Assembly (NCBI RefSeq): GCF_001564455.1
Contig: NZ_CP011391.1
Span: forward strand, 1,320,001 to 1,352,000
Origin: Faecalibaculum rodentium
GTDB taxonomy: Bacteria > Bacillota_I > Bacilli_A > Erysipelotrichales > Erysipelotrichaceae
Direction of reading: 5' to 3'
DNA length: 32,000 nt
Positions 17,280 to 26,272 of the stretch are shown piece after piece (positions within the stretch are counted from its first letter, which is position 1; each line of letters opens with the position of its first letter). The position numbers were made by a program, and so were the translations under genes. Under the pieces are notes generated by a model that was not told the origin of the DNA, did not search any database, and worked only from the letters and a program-made list of their open reading frames with translations.

Positions 17280-18173
17280 ATGAGTACACTGGTGAAACAA
17301 TGCGACAGGGCGCAGATCGAATCCCTGTATACACGAATGAAGCCGCTTTCTGTCAGGGAGAGCCATCCGTCGTATACCCACTGGCAGCTGAAGCTGAAGG
17401 ATATGACAGTGACGGCCTACACCTCTGGCAAGGTGGTGTTCCAGGGCGCAGACCTGGAGTGGCTTCAGGAGGAACCGGCTGAACAGGACAGTCAGACCGG
17501 CAGGAATGCAGGCTCAGCTCCAGCTGCTGCCGGCTCTTCCATGTTTCCGCAGGCCGGATCGGATGAAGTCGGGACCGGTGACTATTTCGGGCCGGTGACG
17601 GTCGCGGCCTGTTATGTGAGCGAAGAAACTGCGCCTGTGCTGCAGAAGATGGACATCACGGACTCCAAGAAAATGACCGATGCGGCGATCCGCAAGGCGG
17701 GTCCCATCATCCGGGATCTGTGTCCCCATTCGCTTATGGTAGTGCCCCCGGCAAAATACAACGAAGTGCATGAGCATCACAACATCGTGGATATGAAGGC
17801 AAAGCTCCACGACCAGACCTGGAAGCATCTGGCCGGCCGGGTCAGGGTCATGCCGGAACTCTCGGTGGTGGACCAGTTCGTGCAGGAGAAATCGTACTAC
17901 AAGTATGCCGGAACCAAAGCATATCGGCCTCTGAAGTTTGAAACCAAAGCCGAATCCCGGTATCTGGCAGTGGCTGCGGCTTCAGTCCTGGCCAGGGAGG
18001 CGTTTCTGAAGTACTGGGACAAAATGGAAGAGGACTGGGACATGTCCTTTCACAAAGGTGCCGGACCGGCAGTGGACCGCTGTGGCCGGGAGTTTCTGGC
18101 CCGCTATGGGCGGCAGAAACTGGGCGAGGTGGCGAAGCTGCACTTCAGGAATACAGAGAAGATCAGCCACTGA
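17280..18173 (+). CDS. rnhC: Ribonuclease HIII
   Basis: 297 aa. N-terminal RNase HIII-specific domain, then an RNase HII-like core with GSDEVGTGDYFGP. Divergent from mutS2. Confidence 0.9.
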   Translation: MSTLVKQCDRAQIESLYTRMKPLSVRESHPSYTHWQLKLKDMTVTAYTSGKVVFQGADLEWLQEEPAEQDSQTGRNAGSAPAAAGSSMFPQAGSDEVGTGDYFGPVTVAACYVSEETAPVLQKMDITDSKKMTDAAIRKAGPIIRDLCPHSLMVVPPAKYNEVHEHHNIVDMKAKLHDQTWKHLAGRVRVMPELSVVDQFVQEKSYYKYAGTKAYRPLKFETKAESRYLAVAAASVLAREAFLKYWDKMEEDWDMSFHKGAGPAVDRCGREFLARYGRQKLGEVAKLHFRNTEKISH

Positions 18174-18304
18174 GAACGCACTGAGCGTGAAAGCAGAGTC
18201 CTCAGCCGCCTGTTTTCAATGGTACAGCCTGAAGGAGGAGACTCGTTCGTACCGGTGAATGCCGGTTTTGGAGCTGCTATCCTTCCATGACAGTCGATGA
18301 ACTG

Positions 18305-18333
18305 CAAAAAAATCCGCACTGGCGGATTTTTTT
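18305..18333. terminator. Bidirectional rho-independent terminator between convergent rnhC and the transglutaminase-like gene
   Basis: AAAAAAATCCGC-ACTG-GCGGATTTTTTT, a short stem flanked by A7 and T7 runs. Confidence 0.7.
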
Positions 18334-18371
18334 ACGGCTCTTATGATGGTGACAGCGTCTGTACCTTCCTC

Positions 18372-19325
18372 TCAGTACACGCCGTTCAAGTCGTCATTGG
18401 TCGGGTCAATGGTATATGTCTGGCCATTGATCTGGTACTGGTTCCAGGCGTGATTGCCGCCTTCCACCTTCCAGGCCGGAATGCCCACACTGTTGCACAT
18501 ATCGGCAAACATCTTCGCATACTGGTAACACTGCCCCTGACCGGTGGCTGTAAAGTACGGCATATAGGCGTTGTCCACCAGGACATACGTGCAGTTCCGG
18601 CACAGCCAGGCATCAATTTCCTGTACCAGGGTTTCATCGCTGACAGTCAGGTTGATGGAACCAAGGGCGTTTGCGACACCCTGGCGATAGCCGCCCCATG
18701 CGCTGTCTGCACTGGCCACGGCACTCTGGAGCCGGGCAGCGGATTCCGGCGTCAGTTCCAGATAGGCACCGTTTTCATCGGCCCCGTTGTAGTAGTATCC
18801 CCCGTCTGCCAGGCCGCAGTAGTCATATACCACTTCGCCAAGCGCCCAGTCTGCATCTGCGTCACTGCCGCTGTAATAGAGATATGCAGACCCGGACCGG
18901 ATCTGAGACAGGAAGGAAGGCGTCAGCGCGAATTTCCACTCGGGACCCACACCGGATACATCGATTCCATGAGTCCGGACCAGAGAGCTGCTTGCGGCCG
19001 CTGCGGGCTGGTCAGTTCCGGCGTCTTTTTCGCCGGTGTCTGTCACTTCGGCCTTTGGATCAGCCCCGGTCTGGGCTGTATCTTCCTTGTTTTCCTCTAT
19101 GTCCTGTTTTGGATCAGCCCCGGTCTTCGTTTCTGTCTGTTCTTTGTCTGTATTCTGTGAAAAGGATTCCACAGCCTCCAGGTCCGGCTGATTGAGTGCC
19201 AGAAATTCGGTGATGTCCGGATCTTCGGGCATGGTTTTATCCCTGGCTTCGGCGGGCATTCCCGCGAAGCTCGCAAGCGCCAGCGGCGCCAGTGCGATCA
19301 GGCTGCATAGTCGTTTCAGCATCAT
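18372..19325 (-). CDS. Secreted transglutaminase-like (Cys-His-Asp) protein
   Basis: Signal peptide MMLKRLCSLIALAPLALASFAGMPAEA, an acidic low-complexity linker, then a transglutaminase core (QCYQYAKMF...GGNHAWNQY...IDPT). The start is placed at the ATG after AAAGAGGTGGA; the track ORF starts at 19346. Confidence 0.75.
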   Translation of the reverse strand: MMLKRLCSLIALAPLALASFAGMPAEARDKTMPEDPDITEFLALNQPDLEAVESFSQNTDKEQTETKTGADPKQDIEENKEDTAQTGADPKAEVTDTGEKDAGTDQPAAAASSSLVRTHGIDVSGVGPEWKFALTPSFLSQIRSGSAYLYYSGSDADADWALGEVVYDYCGLADGGYYYNGADENGAYLELTPESAARLQSAVASADSAWGGYRQGVANALGSINLTVSDETLVQEIDAWLCRNCTYVLVDNAYMPYFTATGQGQCYQYAKMFADMCNSVGIPAWKVEGGNHAWNQYQINGQTYTIDPTNDDLNGVY

Positions 19326-19713
19326 GTCCACCTCTTTCATACTCATCGTAATGAGTTAACCAGAGTAGGACATTTGCGTTTGCAACGCCATTTCGAAGGA
19401 ATTCCCGGGTAAAGAGTCTATTCACAAAACGAGCCGGTTTGGCCGCAAAAAGGTGCATTTTCAGGAACTTTATTTGAATTTTTACCGGAATACGGCCGTA
19501 ATTACGCTCATACTCTGCAGCATACGGGATGACCAGGGTATTTTACTCAGTGTTTACTCAGGTACGCCTGCGATACCAAAGGAAACACCGGAGTAAAGCC
19601 CGGCTCTGGATCAAAGAGGCGATACAGACTGCCAGACACCAGGATCCATGAGACAGTCACTGGCAGCCATTCCTCCATGTTGTCATTCATCGGCCGCGGA
19701 CAGCCTGCACAAA

Positions 19714-19746
19714 GGAAAAACCGGCACACCTCACGGTCTGCCGGCT
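19714..19746 (-). terminator. Rho-independent terminator downstream of the lspA-rluD-comEB cluster
   Basis: Minus strand reads CCGGCA, a 12-nt loop, TGCCGG, then TTTTTCCTTT. It lies about 50 nt after the deaminase stop. Confidence 0.5.
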
Positions 19747-19795
19747 GTTCTGTTTTATCCTGCCTGTCACACAGACACCCCGACGGCGTCTTTGA

Positions 19796-20272
19796 TCATG
19801 CTTCGGACAGGACCTTCACATCCACTTCCACGATGCGGTCCATCTTTTTCAGCTGCACACCGGCATCCCGGAACATCCGCTTGCTGGCAGCGTTGGCCTG
19901 AGTCCCATCGTACTTGTCCTGTTCGTACACCACCTTCGTGATACCGGACTGGATGATGGCCTTGGCACATTCATTGCAGGGAAAGAGCGAAACGTAGATG
20001 GAACATCCCTGGAGCCCCCGGGTGGAGTTCAGGATGGCATTGAGTTCTGCATGTACCACATAGGGGTACTTGGTCTCCAGGAAGTCCCCTTCCCTGTCCC
20101 ATGGATAGGACTGATCGCTGCAGCCCATGGGAAACCCATTGTATCCCAGGCCCACCACCCGTTTCTGGGGATTGACGATGCACGCGCCGACTTTTGTGTT
20201 CGGGTCCTTGGACCGGAAGGCAGCGAGATGGGCCATGGCCATAAAGTATTCATCCCAGTCCAGGGGTCTCAT
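19796..20272 (-). CDS. comEB: dCMP (deoxycytidylate) deaminase
   Basis: 158 aa. Zinc motifs HAELNA and PCNECAKAI, in a ComEB/dCMP deaminase-type arrangement. Confidence 0.9.
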   Translation of the reverse strand: MRPLDWDEYFMAMAHLAAFRSKDPNTKVGACIVNPQKRVVGLGYNGFPMGCSDQSYPWDREGDFLETKYPYVVHAELNAILNSTRGLQGCSIYVSLFPCNECAKAIIQSGITKVVYEQDKYDGTQANAASKRMFRDAGVQLKKMDRIVEVDVKVLSEA

Positions 20273-21243
20273 TGGATGACCTCCGATTCCAGGTCCTGCA
20301 GGATCTTCGCAAATTCCGGTTCCAGCGGGGCTTCAAACCGCATGTGTTCGCCGGTCCTGGGATGGTCCAGCTCCAGGGCCGCAGCGTGAAGCAGCTGTCC
20401 GTGGCTTTCCAGCGTTTTGCGGGGACCATATTTCGGATCGCCTGCCACCGGGTGTCCGATGTATTTCATGTGCACACGGATCTGGTGGGTGCGTCCGGTT
20501 TCCAGCCGGCAGAGGACATAGGCGTAGTTCCGGAAATTTTCCAGGACCTCAAAATGGGTCACAGCCGGTTTCGAGTTCTTTGCGGTCACCGCCATGCACT
20601 GCCGGTCTTTTTCATCCCGCCCGATCGGGGCATCGACGGTACCATGAGTGTGCGGAAAGGGATGATGCACAATGGCCCGGTACTCCCGGTGGGCGGTTTT
20701 CTTCGCCAGCTGGTCCGCCAGCGACTGGTGAGCCATATCATTCTTCGCCACCACCAGCAGACCGCTGGTATCCTTGTCGATCCGGTGGACGATCCCCGGG
20801 CGCATTACGCCGTTGATCCCGGAGAGGTCTTTGCAATGCGCAAGCAGGCCGTTGACCAGCGTCCCGTTCACATGACCCGGAGCCGGATGCACCACCATGC
20901 CCGTCGGCTTGTTGATCACGATGATGTCGCTGTCTTCATAGATGATATCCAGATCCATGTCCTCCGGCAGCACGTCCAGCGACTGCTCCGGTGGCCTGTC
21001 GACCGCGATCACATCCCCTGCCTTCAGGTCTGTCTTCGGCTTCACGGGTGTATCCTGCAGCAGGACCCGTCCGTCGTCAATCAGTTCGCGGCTTCGGGCC
21101 CGGGAGATGTCCATGAGCAGACACAGCGCCTTGTCTGCCCGGCCGGCCTGGTCTTCGCCGATGGTGAACGTCTGTATGTTCCCGTCCGTCATGTCTTCCG
21201 GGGTATCCGGCACCTGTGCCGTCACATCGTTTCTCTCACTCAT
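20269..21243 (-). CDS. rluD: RluA/RluD-family 23S rRNA pseudouridine synthase
   Basis: 324 aa. S4 domain plus the catalytic HRIDKDTSGLLVVAK motif. AAGGAGGA RBS. lspA-rluD adjacency as in B. subtilis. Confidence 0.9.
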   Translation of the reverse strand: MSERNDVTAQVPDTPEDMTDGNIQTFTIGEDQAGRADKALCLLMDISRARSRELIDDGRVLLQDTPVKPKTDLKAGDVIAVDRPPEQSLDVLPEDMDLDIIYEDSDIIVINKPTGMVVHPAPGHVNGTLVNGLLAHCKDLSGINGVMRPGIVHRIDKDTSGLLVVAKNDMAHQSLADQLAKKTAHREYRAIVHHPFPHTHGTVDAPIGRDEKDRQCMAVTAKNSKPAVTHFEVLENFRNYAYVLCRLETGRTHQIRVHMKYIGHPVAGDPKYGPRKTLESHGQLLHAAALELDHPRTGEHMRFEAPLEPEFAKILQDLESEVIQ

Positions 21244-21282
21244 ATCCGGTTGTCCTCCTTCTGTCTGTATCCTCTGCCTGAC

Positions 21283-21774
21283 TCATGCTTCCAGCGCCTT
21301 GCGCTGTTCGTGTTCTTCCCGCAGCATGTCAATGACCAGGAACACGAAGCCCAGAGTGATGCAGATGTCTGCGATGTTGAACACGGGAAAACTCCACCCG
21401 AAGATGTAGAAGTGGAAAAAATCCACCACATAGCCCAGTGCCATGCGATCGATGAAGTTGCCCAGAGCGCCGGCGAATATCAGTGCCAGGGACATCTGGA
21501 GGCCCGGGCGCTTTGCCTTGATGTAGGCCCACAGCATGACAGCCATGGCAATCACCGTCAGCACGGCAAAAAACGGCTTGCCGTAGCCCTCGAAGATGGA
21601 AAACCCCGCGCCGGTGTTCTGAAGATACGTCAGTTCAAAGAGCTTCGGGATGATCACGATGGACTGTCCCGGTCTCATGTGGGTGGATACCGCCCACTTG
21701 GTCCACTGGTCAAGGCCGGTCATCAATGCGACCAGGACCATGGACCCGATGTAAATCTGTGTTCTGTGTTTCAT
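21283..21774 (-). CDS. lspA: Lipoprotein signal peptidase (signal peptidase II)
   Basis: 163 aa with four TM segments. Conserved NTGAGFS, GNFIDR and FNIAD motifs. Confidence 0.9.
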   Translation of the reverse strand: MKHRTQIYIGSMVLVALMTGLDQWTKWAVSTHMRPGQSIVIIPKLFELTYLQNTGAGFSIFEGYGKPFFAVLTVIAMAVMLWAYIKAKRPGLQMSLALIFAGALGNFIDRMALGYVVDFFHFYIFGWSFPVFNIADICITLGFVFLVIDMLREEHEQRKALEA

Positions 21775-21802
21775 GCTTGTCCTTTCATAAAACGGCTGGC
21801 TG

Positions 21803-23539
21803 TCAAAACGGCTTGTTTTTCTGATGCAGGAATAGCATCTTCACGAACAGCCACATGGACATGCAGAAGGCGATGAAAAATCCGGCAAATCCCAGCAGCG
21901 GGATACCCAGGAATTCTGGTTTCATTTTCGTTGTGCAGATGATGCTGCTGGACATCAGCAGGGCCACGATGAGCAGACACACAATGATGCGGTTGATCAT
22001 GCGGTCGAAATTGGCAATCGTGGAATCCGCTCCCTGCAGGTCCAGGTTCACCTTGAGCTGTCCGCGCCGGACCATGGACAGAATGTCCGAGAGCTGGACC
22101 GGCATGTTCAGCATGTGGTCCGCATCGGCCTGGAGCCTGGTCAGCACATGCTGCAGATCCCGTCCCCAGTCACTGGAGAGCAGGCTGGCTTTCTGCGTGC
22201 TGATGATTTTCATGGCATTCGTGGAGGGATCCAGCACTTCGATGGTTCCCTCAAAGGTCACCAGGGACCGGGCCAGCATACTGATGCCCTTGGGCAGTGC
22301 AATGCCGTATTCATGGCAGATCGTGAACAGGTCCTGGACCATGGCCGGCAGGTCAATGTCCTCCAGGCTGTTTTCGCAATAGATGCTCACATATTCCTCG
22401 ATGCTCTGGGTCAGGTTCGCATAATCCGGCGGGCGTTTCACCACTCCCAGTGTCAGGATCGTATCCGTCAGCTTGAGGGTATCCCGTACCGCCAGGGCCT
22501 TGATGGCCTGTTTCATCAGCCGTCTGTCCCGGTCGGTCAGGGTGCCCATCATGCCGAAGTCGATGTAGACGATTTGGCCGTCGCGCACCCGGATGTTTCC
22601 GGAATGGGGATCGGCGTGGAAAAAGCCGAAATCCGTGATCTGTGTTATATAGTTGGTTCCCAGGCGCATGGCGATTTCGTGCCGGTCGTAGCCTTCGGCA
22701 TCGAGCCTTGCATCATCGTCGATTTCACAGCCGGAGATGTACTCCATGACCATGACTTTCCGGCTCGTGAGATCCTCATAGACCACGGGGGCCGAAAGCC
22801 AGGCACAGTCTTCGTAGTCCCTCCGGAACCGGATGGCGTTCTGTGCTTCGTTGGTGAAGTCCATCTCCTGCTGGGCGCTGGTCCAGAATTCATCCAGGAC
22901 CACGTTCACGTCCACGACCGAGGAGAAGACATCCGAGAGTTTCAGGATCCCGGAGGCCTTGCGCAGAAGGCGGATGTCCTCCTCCATTTCCTGGTAGATA
23001 CCGGGCCGCTGCACTTTCACGACCACCATCGGCCCGTCCTTGAGCCAGGCTTTGTGGACCTGGGCAATGGAGGCCGATCCCAGGGGCGTTTCGTCTATGC
23101 GTGTGAACACCTTGTCCAGATCCGGTCCATAGGCTTCCGTCAGGACCTCCTTCACGGTTTCAAAGGGCATGGGTTTGACATCCGACCGGAGTTTTTCCAG
23201 TTCGCTGCAGTAGCGCTGGGAGAAAATGTCCTGGCGGGTGGCCATGATCTGGCCGATTTTCACATAGGTAGGGCCAAGGTCTTCCAGGATTTGCCGGAAC
23301 TTCACGGGATCCATGCCCCGGGTGACTTTGTGTTTCTTCAAAATCCGCAGGATCTGGCCCAGCCGCCTAAGCTGTGAGGGGGCTGTATCCGGGTGCCTGT
23401 CGTCATTTCCCTGTTTCGGGTCAGGCTGTGGCATCGGATCCGGTGAACCCCCGGGATCGGTTGTCTGCGGATTCTGCTTCCGGATGTTTTCCTGCATGAT
23501 CCGGTTATCCCGGCTGTTTCTGTCAGCGGCTGTCGGCAT
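21803..23539 (-). CDS. ABC1/UbiB-family atypical protein kinase with a C-terminal membrane anchor
   Basis: ABC1 signatures (LGPTYVKIGQ, PLGSASIAQVHKA, HADPHSGNI, DFG) and two C-terminal TM helices. The start is uncertain: 23539 overlaps the upstream ORF, and the alternative is the ATG at 23497. Confidence 0.85.
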   Translation of the reverse strand: MPTAADRNSRDNRIMQENIRKQNPQTTDPGGSPDPMPQPDPKQGNDDRHPDTAPSQLRRLGQILRILKKHKVTRGMDPVKFRQILEDLGPTYVKIGQIMATRQDIFSQRYCSELEKLRSDVKPMPFETVKEVLTEAYGPDLDKVFTRIDETPLGSASIAQVHKAWLKDGPMVVVKVQRPGIYQEMEEDIRLLRKASGILKLSDVFSSVVDVNVVLDEFWTSAQQEMDFTNEAQNAIRFRRDYEDCAWLSAPVVYEDLTSRKVMVMEYISGCEIDDDARLDAEGYDRHEIAMRLGTNYITQITDFGFFHADPHSGNIRVRDGQIVYIDFGMMGTLTDRDRRLMKQAIKALAVRDTLKLTDTILTLGVVKRPPDYANLTQSIEEYVSIYCENSLEDIDLPAMVQDLFTICHEYGIALPKGISMLARSLVTFEGTIEVLDPSTNAMKIISTQKASLLSSDWGRDLQHVLTRLQADADHMLNMPVQLSDILSMVRRGQLKVNLDLQGADSTIANFDRMINRIIVCLLIVALLMSSSIICTTKMKPEFLGIPLLGFAGFFIAFCMSMWLFVKMLFLHQKNKPF

Positions 23540-23786
23540 GCGTTTCTGTGTGACCGGCCACGCTGCCAGGTTTCGACTCGACAGTGGTTTCCGTCACGCT
23601 GACCGATGCGGCTTCGCTGTGTTTCAGCGGTCTGTTGTCGGTCCCGCCGTCTTCCAGCAGGATTTTCGCCACGTTCTGTCCATAGCGGGCTGTTTCGCTC
23701 AGGATATCTGCGGAAACCTGGATGGACCGGCGAACCAGTTTTTTCAGGTCCAGGTGACTTGTTACAATCGTTTCTTCTATTTTCAT
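23523..23786 (-). CDS. Small hypothetical protein upstream of, and overlapping, the ABC1 kinase gene
   Basis: The track ORF begins with a TTG at 23816, and the first ATG (MKIEETIV...) is at 23786. It has a helical N-half and a Ser/Thr/Glu-rich tail. No strong SD, and the function is unknown. Confidence 0.4.
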   Translation of the reverse strand: MKIEETIVTSHLDLKKLVRRSIQVSADILSETARYGQNVAKILLEDGGTDNRPLKHSEAASVSVTETTVESKPGSVAGHTETHADSR

Positions 23787-24171
23787 ATCTCTTATTCTAT
23801 CACGTATGGTCCGCAAAGGCCGGGCTGCTGAAAGAGGAGCCGGACTGGTGTCTGCATGGAATCAACAGCTCCCGGAATCCGGAGGCACTGTTCAGTACCA
23901 CATATACGATGCCTTCTTCGGGCAGCGGTTCAGATCGATCATTCTCCGCAGGAAACAGACCACTTTCGCGAACGTATAGATTCCATCATATTGTTCCTCC
24001 TCCCGGTTGTACCGCCTGTACAGAATTTCCCGGTCACACCATCGAGGACCACCAGGCCTCTGTCCTCCGGATCACGATAATAGTACCTGGCCGTCAGTCT
24101 GCCCCCTTCTCCTGTCACGTTGTCAGCTGTAGGCATTTCCATTCCCCTTTTTTGTCCCATGGGATCCGGTC

Positions 24172-24215
24172 ACAAAAGGCAGCAGCCCCAAGAAGCATAT
24201 CTCCTGTGCTGCTGC
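24172..24215 (-). terminator. Rho-independent terminator after the LRR gene
   Basis: Minus strand reads GGCAGCAGC, a 20-nt loop, GCTGCTGCC, then TTTTGTG. It lies about 30 nt after the stop at 24245. Confidence 0.6.
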
Positions 24216-24244
24216 CATGATCTCTGTATCAATGACTGTCTCGT

Positions 24245-25687
24245 TCAGTCTGTGAATTTTCCGTAGTATTCCATCTTCTCCAGGACGGAGGTATCCAGGA
24301 TGGGGTTGTCGTCCAGACGCAGCGCCTGCAGCAGTTTCAGATCCTTCAGCGGTGTCACGTCCGTGATGTAGTTGGCCTTCAGGGTCAGGCTGCGCAGGTA
24401 CTTCAGCTTGGCCAGCGGTGTCAAGTCGGATATCGCGTTGTGGTCCAGACGCAGGTAGGAAATGAACTGCAGAGTCTCGAGCGGCCGCAGGTCTTCGATG
24501 ATGTTGTTGTAGAGATCCACGATGCACAGGTTGTGCAGGTCCTTGAGCGGTGCCAGGTCCTTTACGTTGTTGTTTTCCAGCGACAGGATCGCCAGCTGGT
24601 CCATGTTCCGCAGGGAGCTGATGTCCTGTACCTGGTTGCGGCCGACGTTCAGGTTCACCATCTTCTTGCAGTCCTTCAGGCAGCCGATGCTCCGGATGCG
24701 GTTCGTGAACAGGTCCAGCACCTCCAGGTTCGTGGCATCCTTCAGGAAGTTCACATCTGTCAGCTGGCAGAACTCCGCCTTCATGATCCGCAGCTTCTCC
24801 ACGTTCTGGAAGTCTTCCGTGTGATGCAGTTCATTCTTCGAGACGATCAGGACCTCGAGGTTCTTCATGTCGTTGAGATCCCGCATGTTGTGGAATCCCA
24901 CCTGTTCCATGGAAATCGCCTTCAGGTTGTCCAGGTCCCGCAGGAACTCAAAGCTGGTGGGGTGATTGTAGTCGATGTTCAGGGACTCCAGCTTCGGGAA
25001 CTGCTTCAGGATCGAGTAGTCTGTCAGGTACGGGTTATTGGCGACATTGAGGATCCGCAGGTTTTTCATGACCAGCAGCGGGGAAATGTCGCTGACCAGA
25101 TTCGTGTCCAGGTTCAGTTCCTCAATGTGCGTGATGTAGTTCAGGTCATCCACGGTGAACCGCCGCATGCCCGACATGTCCAGCTTCGTGAGCTTCGGCA
25201 GTGTGCCCAGGACCGCATAGCTGAACGGCCCGTTTTCGGTGTTGATTTTGAGCTCCCGCAGCTTCTTGCAGTTTTCCAGATATTCCAGGGAATCCACCTT
25301 GGATTTTTTCAGGTTCAGGACCTCCAGGTTCAGCATCCCCGCCACGCTGGAAATGTCCATGGTGTACAGATTGTTACGGGAAATGTTGAGCTTTCGCAGC
25401 TGGCGGTAGCCATGCAGGGCCTGGATGTCGCGGAGCTGGTTGCTGGATACATCCAGTTCCTCCAGGCTGTAGAGATCCTTGATCGGGTCCAGGGTGTGCA
25501 GATTGTTCCCCGATGCATTCAGATACTCCAGGTTTTCGGCTTCCTGCAGCCCTTCCAGAGACTTGAGTTCCAGATCCGAGATGTCCAGCCGGATCAGGCT
25601 CTTCAGTTTCTCGGGCGTGACTTCATCGGGCTTGCAGTGCAGATTGCGGGCCAGGGCCTCCCGCAGAGCGTCGTCTTTGATGAACAT
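24245..25687 (-). CDS. Leucine-rich-repeat (internalin-type 22-residue LRR) protein, no signal peptide and no other domain
   Basis: About 20 tandem LxxLxxLxLxxNxIxDIxxL units (for example LKNLEVLIVSKNELHHTEDFQN, LHNLCIVDLYNNIIEDLRPLET). The start is set at the ATG at 25687, after GGAGGAAATACC; the track ORF starts at 25711. Confidence 0.85.
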   Translation of the reverse strand: MFIKDDALREALARNLHCKPDEVTPEKLKSLIRLDISDLELKSLEGLQEAENLEYLNASGNNLHTLDPIKDLYSLEELDVSSNQLRDIQALHGYRQLRKLNISRNNLYTMDISSVAGMLNLEVLNLKKSKVDSLEYLENCKKLRELKINTENGPFSYAVLGTLPKLTKLDMSGMRRFTVDDLNYITHIEELNLDTNLVSDISPLLVMKNLRILNVANNPYLTDYSILKQFPKLESLNIDYNHPTSFEFLRDLDNLKAISMEQVGFHNMRDLNDMKNLEVLIVSKNELHHTEDFQNVEKLRIMKAEFCQLTDVNFLKDATNLEVLDLFTNRIRSIGCLKDCKKMVNLNVGRNQVQDISSLRNMDQLAILSLENNNVKDLAPLKDLHNLCIVDLYNNIIEDLRPLETLQFISYLRLDHNAISDLTPLAKLKYLRSLTLKANYITDVTPLKDLKLLQALRLDDNPILDTSVLEKMEYYGKFTD

Positions 25688-25891
25688 GGTATTTCCTCCA
25701 TATCGTTGCATTCCCCTTCATTATACTCTGAATGACAGCAGCTTGCCTTCGACAGATGGAATTTGCGTTCCCGCCGGTGGCTCACAAAACGGGAAACACC
25801 CGTCCGGCAGCAATGTTACAATTATTGAACCAACGTGCAAATCTTTAGATTTGACAGGTGGAACAACGAAAAATTTGACGTTTTTGGCTCG

Positions 25892-25920
25892 TTGACACTA
25901 ATTAAAACGCAATCTATAAT
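25892..25920 (+). promoter_or_regulatory. Consensus sigma-A promoter of the cold-shock gene
   Basis: TTGACA, exactly 17 nt, then TATAAT, with AT-rich upstream DNA. It predicts a 5' UTR of about 65 nt, as is typical of csp genes. Confidence 0.7.
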
Positions 25921-25991
25921 GAAATCGATTACAGACAGTATTGGAATTCGATGAATTGTTCCCGTCATTCTGTGATCGGGAGGTATCAACA

Positions 25992-26198
25992 ATGAACACT
26001 GGAAAAGTGAAATGGTTCAATGCGGAAAAGGGATATGGATTTATCACCGGAACCGATGGAAAAGACATTTTTGTCCACTACTCGGCCATCAATTCAGATG
26101 GCTACAAGACGCTTGAGGAAGGACAGACCGTCACCTATGATGTTGTCCAGCGCGACCGCGGTCCGCAGGCCAGCTCCGTGACAGTCGTGACTGCCTGA
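25992..26198 (+). CDS. Cold-shock protein, CspA family
   Basis: 68 aa. [14 protein letters not shown] (RNP1) and DIFVHYSAI (RNP2). GGGAGGT RBS. The track ORF start at 25941 is rejected. Confidence 0.95.
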   Translation: MNTGKVKWFNAEKGYGFITGTDGKDIFVHYSAINSDGYKTLEEGQTVTYDVVQRDRGPQASSVTVVTA

Positions 26199-26204
26199 GG
26201 GCCG

Positions 26205-26240
26205 AAAAAACCAGGGATGCGATGCATCCCTTTTTGTTTG
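26205..26240. terminator. Rho-independent terminator after csp
   Basis: AAAAAACCA-GGGATGC-GAT-GCATCCC-TTTTTGTTTG. Confidence 0.7.
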
Positions 26241-26272
26241 GACCCGGCCGGCATCGACCATACAATACAGAT

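Noticed and set aside
25851-25897. Three TTGAC(A/G) hexamers within about 50 bp upstream of csp, as possible multiple promoters or an operator array
   Set aside because: Only the third is followed by a -10 element at proper spacing. The other two have no TATAAT-like partner and probably just reflect AT-rich UP-element-like DNA.
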